Notes under the pieces: generated by a model
What the model was told of the DNA's origin: nothing
The model's database searches: none
The model's input: the letters and a program-made list of their open reading frames with translations, nothing else
Translations under genes and position numbers: made by a program
Shown: piece after piece, positions 54,171-64,000 of the stretch
Position numbering within the stretch: position 1 is the stretch's first letter
Layout of the letters: every line of letters begins with the position of its first letter
DNA from: Flaccisagitta enflata
Lineage: Eukaryota
Direction of reading: 5' to 3'
Assembly (NCBI GenBank): GCA_965153355.1
Contig: OZ231126.1
Location: 12,586,001-12,650,000 of the forward strand
Length of the DNA stretch: 64,000 nucleotides

Positions 54171-54792
54171 CAAGTCACTTAGTGCTCTAGTTTTTTTCAC
54201 CGTTATGCTTGGCTGAATCATCTCACGTCTAAATGTATTTCCCACATTCTCCAATGATCTGGTAAACTAAGCAAAATGACACAGAATGTAATTGGAGAAG
54301 TAAAATTTTGAAAAAGGTAAAAAATGATTTCATTCATTTTTTGAATGCTCTGCGCCTAAGGGTTTAGGATTCTCACTGCAATGAGATTTGAACTTTAAAA
54401 TCAATTCGCGGAGATCTATATAATGAGCTATTGATCATGGTGGTAAAATAAAAGCAACATATTCTGACTCAACGTAGTGTGGATGGTCAAACCTTTTGCG
54501 CCAACGACCAACCCTTCTGATCAACAGACGAACACAGCATAGAGGTGCGTTGGCGCTCCTTGAAATGAATCCGGTGGGCAAAGTAACGTAGTGGAATGAA
54601 GAATTCTCGTAATGATTGTGTAACTTGGCCTTGGCTGTTTTTTTTTTTTCAATGACTTAAGTGTTTCTCAATATGTAAAAGCAGTCTGGATCAAGTGCAG
54701 CTTATTTCTTCCAAATGAGGCAATTTTGAGTGGTGGGATTTTAAGAGAACAAATTTTTCCGCGCGCGCTTTTCAATTTTATCAAATTTCACT

Positions 54793-54926
<134 letters not shown>

Positions 54927-55064
54927 GAGAGAGAGAGACTGGGAAGAAAGGATCTTCTTGAATATTGTCAAAACTGTTTGATGATACAAAGAGATAAAAG
55001 GTAATACGCATTAATGGTCGCCACCTGAGTAGCCCCAGGCTAGGCTGTCTGCCACTGATTCTCT

Positions 55065-55150
<86 letters not shown>

Positions 55151-55444
55151 CCATTTTATGTCGTTATGTCTAATACATTTTTTGAGTTTGTGTCAGGAAG
55201 CAAGATAGATAATTTATTAATTTGGAGATGAAAGAAAATATGTTAAGTGCCTAAACTTATTTTGCTGTCTTTTCATCGGAAGATATTAATGATCATTTGA
55301 GCCTTATTGAGGTAGGGAAATGTTGCGGGATAAAGACGGACAAAGAAAATTAGAGAATAAGAAGAAAAAAAGATGACAGTTGAAGAAGAGGAGAGAGTAA
55401 AGGTGATTACATCTATAGGATGAATAGGTGAAGATGAAAATAAA

Positions 55445-55677
55445 GAAGAAGAAGAAGAAGAAGAAGAAGAAGAAGAAGAAGAAGAAGAAGAGGGAGAAGA
55501 AGAAGAAGAAGAAGAAGAAGAAGAAGAAGAAGAAGAAGAAGAAGAAAAAGAAGAAGAAGAAGAAGAAGAAGAAGAAAAAAAACAAGAAGAAAAAGTAGAA
55601 AAACAAGAAGATCAAGATGAAATTGAAAAAGAAAAAATAAAAGGAGAAGAAGAGGAAGAAGAAAAAAGGAAGAAGGA

Positions 55678-55712
<35 letters not shown>

Positions 55713-55801
55713 AGAAGAAGAAGAAGAAGAAGAAGAAGAAGAAGAAGAAGAAGAAGAAAGAAGAAGAAGAAGAAGAAGAAGAAGAAGAAGAAGAAGAAGA
55801 A

Positions 55802-55833
<32 letters not shown>

Positions 55834-55856
55834 AGAAGCAAAAGGAAGAAGAAGAG
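55445..55856. repeat. (GAA)n tract
   Basis: Direct reading. Confidence 0.95.
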
Positions 55857-56175
55857 ACATGAGAGTTCAAAGGGAAATGAACAAGAGAAAGACATCTGGG
55901 AATGTATGTTAAATAAGCCTTTCGGCACGGATATCCATCCAAATTACTGTAATCCTACAATGTCAGGACACAGGAGTCGGGATTAAAGATTGAGGAGGAA
56001 GGAGCAAGGAGGAAGGGGAGATGGAGGAGAAGGAGAAGGAGGAGGAGAATGTTTAGAGAATTTCAGAGAAGGGATAATGGGAGGATAATGGTAAAGTTAG
56101 AGTAAGGATAGAGGGCTCTGTATTCATACTCGCTTCCGCTTTTTGTCTTTTTTACTGTCTCTCCCTGGGTTTTTT

Positions 56176-56720
56176 GGGCAGCGGCCCCGAAGGGGACGAA
56201 GTCCTGTAGAACACAAGGGGACTTTCGTTCGTTCGTTAGTTAGTTCGTCCCCCCCCCATCAGGCCTCTCAGGCCTCAAATTGGGCCTCTCAGGCCTCAAA
56301 TCCTGCCTCTCAGGCTTAAAATCTGGCCTCTCAGGCCTCAAATCTGGTCTGTTAGGCCTCAAACCCTGCCTCTCAGGCCTAAGACCTGGCGTCGCAGGCC
56401 TCAAATCAGGCCTCTTAGGCCCCATATTAGGCCACTCAGACCTTATATCTGGCCTCTCAAATCCGGTCTCTCAGGCCTCAAATCTGGCCTCTCAGGCCTC
56501 AAATCTGAAATTTGAAAAGCCTTCAGATTCTTGAAAGCTTTCAATCAGCTGACTTTAGCATCTCAACATTTTCAGGCAGGACAAACGTATGTCCCCCTGT
56601 GTCCTACAGAACTTCGTCCCCTTCGGGGTCGCTGCCCTGCTTCCCCTCACACAAATTTGCAATCATGCAAAGCAGGGCAAGGGGTATCGCTGACCACATA
56701 TTGCCCTTGGGCGACCTGTT
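56176..56720 (+). mobile_element. HINE-like family B element with a 21-bp array
   Basis: Same termini as the other family B copies; interior ggcctctcaggcctcaaatct repeats. Confidence 0.8.
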
Positions 56721-56744
56721 TTACTTTCTTTCTTTCCTACCTTT

Positions 56745-57440
56745 CATCCTCCTTAACTTCCTTCCTTCCTTCCTTCCTTCCTTCCTTCCTTCCTTCCTTC
56801 CTTCCTTCCAACCTTCCTTCCTGCCTTCCTTTTTACCTTCCCTCCTTCCTTCCTTCCTTCCTTCCTTCCTACCTTCCATCCTTCCTTCCTTCCTTCATTC
56901 CATCCTAACTTCCTTCTTTCCTTTCTTCCTTCCTTCCTTCCTTCTTTCCTTCCTTCCTTCCTTCTTTCCTTCCTTCCTTCCTTCCTCCCTTGCTTGCTTG
57001 ATTGCTTGCTTGCTTCCTTTCTCCCTTCCTTTCTCACTTCCTTCCTTCCATCCTTCTTTTCTTCCTTCCTTCCATCCTTCCTTCCTTCCTTTCTTCCTTC
57101 CTTCCTTCCTTCCTTCCTTCCTTCCTTCCTCCCTTCCTTCCTTCCTTCCTTCCTTCCTATCTTCCTTCTTTACTTCCTTGCTTGCTTGCTTGCTTGCTTC
57201 CTACTTCCTTCCTTCCTTCCTTACTTCCAACCTTTCTTCCTGCCCTCCTTTTTACCTTCCCTCCTTCTTTCCTTCCTTCCTACCTTCCATCCTTCCTTCC
57301 CTCCTTCATTCCATCCTAACTTCCTTCCTTCCTTTCTTCCTTCCTTCCTTCCTTCCTGCCTTCCTTCCTTCTTTCCTTCCTTCCTTCCTTCCTTACTCTC
57401 TTCTTACCTTCCTACCTTCCTACCTTCCTTCCTTTCTTCT
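56745..57440. repeat. (CCTT)n tract
   Basis: Direct reading. Confidence 0.95.
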
Positions 57441-57569
57441 GTCTTTCTTTTCATGTACCTGGTTCAGTTCCCAATTTTTTTCCTATGTCTGTTTTTCTGT
57501 CTCTCTCTGTGTCATATCCTGATTATCAGATCAGTTGACAAGTCAGGATGGGGGACTGTCTCATCTCTC

Positions 57570-57621
<52 letters not shown>

Positions 57622-58970
57622 AGTTACTGAGAGACATAGAGACTCATCCCTCATTGCGGAGATTTAAACCTACTTTTGGCACGCAAAATCCCGACATTGA
57701 CAAAATCCAGAGAAACGGATGAGAATATAATTTGCATAAAGACGACGACGATGATGGCATAGAGAGAGAGACAGACAGAGAGAAAGAAGCAAGCTGTGTG
57801 GTTTTCTATTTGTTTTTACGGCTGCGAGACCACCGGTCATCGATTCTTGATTTCTTCCTTTCAAAGATTTGCTCCGTCGGTTTTCAGATTAATCTTAAGT
57901 CCATCTCACGTTGGTTTGAACCGTTTGGAAAGTAATTGAAAATTCACCTTGTGGCTATTATATGTATATCAATCATTTCAATATCAAACACTTTCATCTT
58001 TGCATAATAACTTAATGAAATTGGCTCTGTTAGCTATGAAGCCATTGACACCATTATATCAAATGAAGTTTATCCCTGTTATCATTATTGGCGCGGTATT
58101 TGCTGATGCATTTGCTTATGTAAACTTATAACGTACTATCTCTGATCCCACAGTGCAATCTTAAGACCATCTTTTGAGTCATTTGTGCCGTTGGATAATC
58201 ATCGAATGACTCTGATTTCGACGCCGATTCCATCACCACCACCTCTCTCTCCTCATCCTCTTTCTCATCTTCCGCCACTGCCACCGCCACTGCCTCCTCC
58301 TCTTCATCCTCCTCTTCCTCCTCCTCTTCCTCGTCCCCTTTCTGACTTTCCACTTCTGACATCTTAGATCTAATTTTTGACATGTTCCAAAAATGATGAC
58401 ATCTTCAGGATATTTCTTGAGAATAACGGCAGAGGTATAAATCTCGTTTTGTTTTCCTTGTAACTTCCTTGATATTCTGTCTGTCTTTCTGTCTGCTGCT
58501 TGTCTTTTTGATTGTGTATCTGTCTGTATGTATGTCTGTTTCTCTTTCTGTCTGTTTTTTTGCTCGTTGGCCAGTATCTTTCTAATTTTCAGTTTCTCTT
58601 TACATCATCTGTACATTGAGTCACTTTTTGAAACCGTTCATTTCCAAATAAATGTATACACAGTAGATCTCATCTAGACAGATTTTTTTTAGTTTGTGGA
58701 AGATGCACCTGCAGCTACAAAAATAAAGAAAAAAAAGAAAAAAAAATCGGGACTGGAACAAATCGCCGAAATCTATCTACTATCTTGCTAATAAACATAT
58801 CAGCATCTGAAAAAAAACTATAATTACCAGATTGGTCTCATTTTGAATATTTGTTAAACTTTTTTGAAATGCAACCAACCTGGAGTTCGTAGCTCAATTT
58901 GTCTAGGAGCATCACTCTTTTAAAGTTGATGCTTCGTTTCAGATGCTGATATACTCAAAGCAAGAATGTA

Positions 58971-60292
58971 CTATCTTGCTAAAAAAAATCCTCTGGCACG
59001 TTTATATGTATATCTCAGGTTAGAATCAGCCAATCATAAAAAAATTGGTAAGATAATTAAATCCCTTCAAATTTGCAAGAGTTCTATGCAAACTGCATCC
59101 CTCTACAGTGGGGTTCATGGAATGACGGCCTACACTGGAGGCAGCGATTAAGCATTTAAAATTAATCTATTATATCATGATGCATAGTTTGTTTGAAAGA
59201 TCTTGATGTCTTGTTGTCCCTGAGTTTAGAATAAAACAAAAAAATAAAGTTACGTTTATCACTGAAAGCAAGTGGAAAACCCCCAAGATTCGAACCCGTG
59301 ACCGACAGAAGAAAATTTCTTCCACGGATGGGCACGCTAATCATTATGCTAGCGAGCCAGGCCGATGCACTGTGAATTCTTTTAGGTTTAAACTCTTACG
59401 TTTTTCCTTGACTTAATCGACTGAGTTTCTGAAAATGATTTTTGAACGATTCAATACCGAATCATTTTGATCACCCACAAGAGGCAGAAACAAAACCAAT
59501 CTCCACATTCATACTCTCGACCAGTTGAAACAAAGCAGAAATAACAAAACCAAGATTAATTCTCGCAGCAGTTCAGCCCGGTGTGCTGGCGTAATGGTTA
59601 GCGTGCGCGACTACAGATGAAATTTTCTTCTGTCAGTCACGGGTTCAAACCCAGGGGGTTTTCGAATTGTTTTCATTGATGAACGGAATTATCTTTTTAG
59701 GTTTTTTACAAAACTCAGGGACAACTAGACATCAAGAGCTTCACAACAAACTATACATCATGGTATGGGAGACAATTTATGAATACTAAATTGCTGCCTC
59801 CAGTTTAGGCTGTCATTCCACGAACCCCACTGTAGCTCAATGCGTTTAAAAGTTATTCAACTTTGATTGAAATACTTCAATTTTGCTTGTGCCATTTCTA
59901 CACAAATTTTAAATGAAATCTCTTCACTGTTTTTCAAATTTCTGTAAACACATTGAGCTAGACAGATGCGGTTTGCGCAGATAGCTTGCAAATTTGAAGG
60001 TCTTCATTTTAGTCACCAATTTTTTCTATTACTTGATGTATCTTTTGGTTGCTATGAGTATAAATGTAGCGGAAAAAAAGATAAAAAAAAATGGTGAGAA
60101 AGATCTGGAGACCCATCACTCCAGAATTACATCTTGAGGCTCTACAAATCACTTCCCCATCAAATGGCGGCCCTCATTTAGTCAAAAGGAGCTCAAACTA
60201 ATTATTCATGGATTTGTAACTGAATTATAACTGTTTTTATGCCAATAAATATGTTTTTATTAAAGGGTGGAAGATTTTTTTTAGCAAGATAG
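58971..60292. mobile_element. TA-flanked palindromic element; short sibling at 58780-58968
   Basis: ta-ctatcttgctaaaaaaaaatc / gattttttttagcaagatag-ta; inner inverted arms ccttcaaatttgcaag / cttgcaaatttgaagg. Confidence 0.8.
59106..59832. mobile_element. TA-flanked palindromic MITE whose arms contain tRNA-like A/B-box modules
   Basis: ta-cagtggggttc / gaaccccactg-ta with about 260-bp inverted arms. + strand A box tggcgtaatgg (59587) and B box ggttcaaaccc (59642); mirror copies at 59341-59351 and 59286-59296. Confidence 0.85.
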
Positions 60293-60350
60293 TATCTATC
60301 TAACTTCTGACTCTGTCTGTTCGATTATTTCTGCTTGTCCAACTGGCTGT

Positions 60351-60443
<93 letters not shown>

Positions 60444-60706
60444 TCTCATATATCTGTGTGTCCCCTCCTCCTACAAAGTAATTCATTAGTCCGTAATTCG
60501 GTTTACATTTCTTCTTCAATGTAACTCACTAATCGCGAATGTAAACAAACTAAATTACAGATGATCCGATTTAAGAGTGAGAAAAAATGTAAGTTGATTG
60601 AAAGACCGATGAGAACATGCATATTGTACCAACGTGTGTGGCTTCTTCCCAGTAGAACGGTTTTACTTATTATATCAGAGAAAAACAAAGGTATCAGCAA
60701 GCCGCT

Positions 60707-61270
60707 TTTTTAGGTGCGCCATAGCACCTCTATAACTAGCTCTGTCTGTCGGTTGGTTGGTTGGTCGGTCGGTTGGTCGGTCACGCTCGAGTTGAGAATC
60801 TCGAAAAGAAGCAAAAATCACTGGAAATGGTTCAGAAATATGCTAGGATGATTCCCAGATGCGCCATAGCACCTCTATAAGAGGCTCTGTCCGTCCGTCC
60901 ATCCGTCGGTAACGCCCTAATGAAAAATCTCTGAAAATGTTTGAAAACAATTGAAAACTCATTTCGTTCATCATTGATGATACTCGTCATTTCATTCACT
61001 AAATTATTCAGCTATGGTTAGGTCTGATCGAGCTGGGGATAGGTCGGATAGGTCTGGTGACAGGCCGGATAGGTGTGGGGATAGGTCTGATAAAGCTCGG
61101 GATAAGTCTGATAGAGCTCGGGATAGGCCTGACAGAGCTCGGGATAGGTCTGATAGAACTAGGGATAGGTCTGATGGAGCTAGGGATAGGTCTGATAAAG
61201 CTAGGGTTCGGTCTAAGAATAGATAATGTCCGGCGCACCGTCTCGTCCCGTGTATCCGGCCTTGTTTTTT
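60707..61270 (+). mobile_element. HINE-like element with a 21-bp array
   Basis: T-run + aggtgcgccatagcacct hairpin, (ggtt/ggtc)n, gggataggtctgatagagctc repeats at 61030-61210, 3' ggcgcacc...gtgtatccggccttgtt. Short relative at about 28070-28210. Confidence 0.75.
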
Positions 61271-62149
61271 TTTTTGCGTCAACGCTCCTGAGCTACCACG
61301 CTACATCTGACTTTATTCATTGTGGGATTTTTAATAATGTTCTTCTTGTGTGTGAAGTTGTCACTTTTTTTTGTCAAAGTAACGGGCTCACTTCCTCCTA
61401 AAATCATAACTTAAGTTGGCCTGCATGAAGCGAAATTGTATGAATTGCATACAGACGAACAATGTTTGTACATATCTAGTGTACAAGGGTGCTAGTTCAA
61501 TCTTGATTTTTTTTTCAGAGCCATCACGTGATCACGTCCGAACGACGCGACGTGGGGGGGGGGAGAGGGGAGTTCCGGTTGAGTGTGATAAAATATTGTG
61601 AGATGTCGTAGAGAGATTTACTTCTGGGCTTACATGACGAGAAAGAGGGGTGGGGTGAAGGAAGGAGAACAACGATAGTGGTGATATGGTAACATGACAA
61701 GGAAGGGAAAAAAGAATGAATGAAAATTAAAATCGTAAGTTCATGGTGTTGAAAGGACAGAAGAAAGGAAAAAAAACGAGAAAGATTTGACTGAGGATTT
61801 CACGACGGATTTGATAGATAAATTAAGATGATGGAAGCAACATGCAAATTAAGACCAAGAAGCAACATGCAAATTAGGACCAAGAAGCAACACGCAGATC
61901 GAATCTTAAAGAAGATTAAACACGGACAACCACCTCAATAATCTTGACGACACAGACAATGACAATGACGACGACGATAATAACAATGACAATGACGACG
62001 ACGGCGATGACGACGACGACGGCGACGACAGAGCAAAAGATAAGACGCCGATGGAAAATAAGATCCTTTTGTACTCCGTTCTTTGAACTCGCTTTTGGGG
62101 TTCATCACCACCGCCTAAACCACCCCTGAGAAATCATCCGGGGTAGGAC

Positions 62150-62935
<786 letters not shown>

Positions 62936-63471
62936 CGAATCACAAATTCTATGAAAAGTCTTAAGCTGCAGTTTTCATCTTCCTTTTCTATTTGGCCTCC
63001 ATTGAAATCTTGGATGTCAAACAGAATCTTTGGTGTATAACAACTGGTAAGAGACTCGAAGGGACGAGAAGAAGAAGATAGGAGGAGGGCACTCAAGGCC
63101 GAATCCCCCTTTGAAAATGAGGGCAGTAAAAACCCTAACCACTCAAGGCAGAATTGGACTTGAGTGGTTTCCAAACCTAACTGCCCCCTCTAACTAGAGT
63201 GGTTTTTAGATTAACTTCAAAAACAAAGTTTTCTTGGGCGTAATTTTGATCTAATTTGTATCACACTTGGTTTTTTTTATGTTATCTTTTCATGCAATCT
63301 AAATTTGTGAATTTTTGAAAATTTTAAGATGAAATTTTCTCAAAAATGATATTATTCATTTTTTTCAAATAATCATTATTTTTTGTTAAAGTGTGAAAAT
63401 ATTAAAACAGGAAATGGCGGATGTAGATTTTTTTTTCATTCGTAGATTATTATTTATGATAGATTGTTTTT

Positions 63472-63945
63472 GGGCAGCGGCCCCGAAGGGGTCGATGACC
63501 TATGCTTTCACACATATGGGGAGTTTTCTCCCTTCTCCTTCATGTCCGTACCCGCCCTCCCCCAGCCTCCAGGCCCATATCTCAGCCTGGAGGCCCATAT
63601 CCCAGCCTCCAGGCCCAAATCCCAGTCTTGAGGCCCAAATCCCACCCTCAAGGCCTACATCCCAACCCCAAGGCCCAGATTCTACTCTCTAGGGATTTGG
63701 GCCTCAAGACTGGGATTTGGGCCTGGAGGCTGGGATATGGGCCTCCAGGCTGAGATATGGGCCTGGAGGCTGGGGGAGGGGGGGTGCGGACATGAAGGAG
63801 GAGAAGGAGAAAACTCCCCATATGTGTGAAAGCATAGGTCATCGACCCCTTCGGGGCCGCTGCCCTGCTCCCCCCTCAACTTCAACCACAACCTACTTAA
63901 GCAGGGCACGGGTACCACTGACCATCTAACGCTTTTGCGACTATT
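63472..63945 (+). mobile_element. Near-intact HINE-like family B element
   Basis: Near-perfect about 55-bp inverted repeat gggcagcggccccgaaggggtcgatgacctatgctttcacacatatggggagtttt, inverted 21-bp arrays, 3' tail gcagggcacgggtaccactgaccatctaacgcttttgcgactatt (same tail at about 1250-1292 and 33615-33659). Confidence 0.82.
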
Positions 63946-64000
63946 ATTCTTATCAGCGGCGTAGGGGAGCTGGATTTCTTGGGACTTCAACCACTAAACT

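Noticed and set aside
51645-54362. piggyBac-like element bounded by cccttaggcgc / gcgcctaaggg
   Set aside because: Short TIR and no intact TTAA on either side.
59575-59660. Functional tRNA gene
   Set aside because: A and B boxes are present but there is no acceptor or anticodon stem pairing; it lies in a MITE arm with a diverged mirror copy.

Overview
Repeat-dense eukaryotic (invertebrate metazoan-like) genomic DNA. The organism cannot be named from the sequence alone, and most entries in the ORF track are microsatellite artefacts. Four real protein genes lie on the + strand. (1) An intronless gene with about 20 C2H2 zinc fingers (4222-6680) and one frameshift. (2) A four-exon RMDN1/FAM82-family gene (20336-38768) whose 16.5-kb intron 2 is a stack of nested non-autonomous transposons. 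(3) A five-exon IQCB1/NPHP5 gene (39004-42741) with one +1 frame break. (4) The first two exons of RPL24 (43013-43718). RMDN, IQCB1 and RPL24 sit head-to-tail with only 235 and 271 bp between stop and start codons, each preceded by a splice-acceptor-like site; this is a candidate eukaryotic operon resolved by trans-splicing. The 3' end of RPL24 exon 2 plus its splice donor is amplified into nine 81-bp tandem copies, each followed by an in-frame TAA, and the last RPL24 exon is not found in the window. The remainder comprises MITEs/foldback elements, Helentron-associated (HINE/DINE-1-like) elements carrying minisatellites, a TRIM-like LTR element, a MITE with two outward-facing tRNA-like Pol III modules, and long microsatellites. 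Some stretches (about 1040-1200, 44400-46800) look like low-accuracy consensus, so frameshifts and duplications need read-level confirmation.
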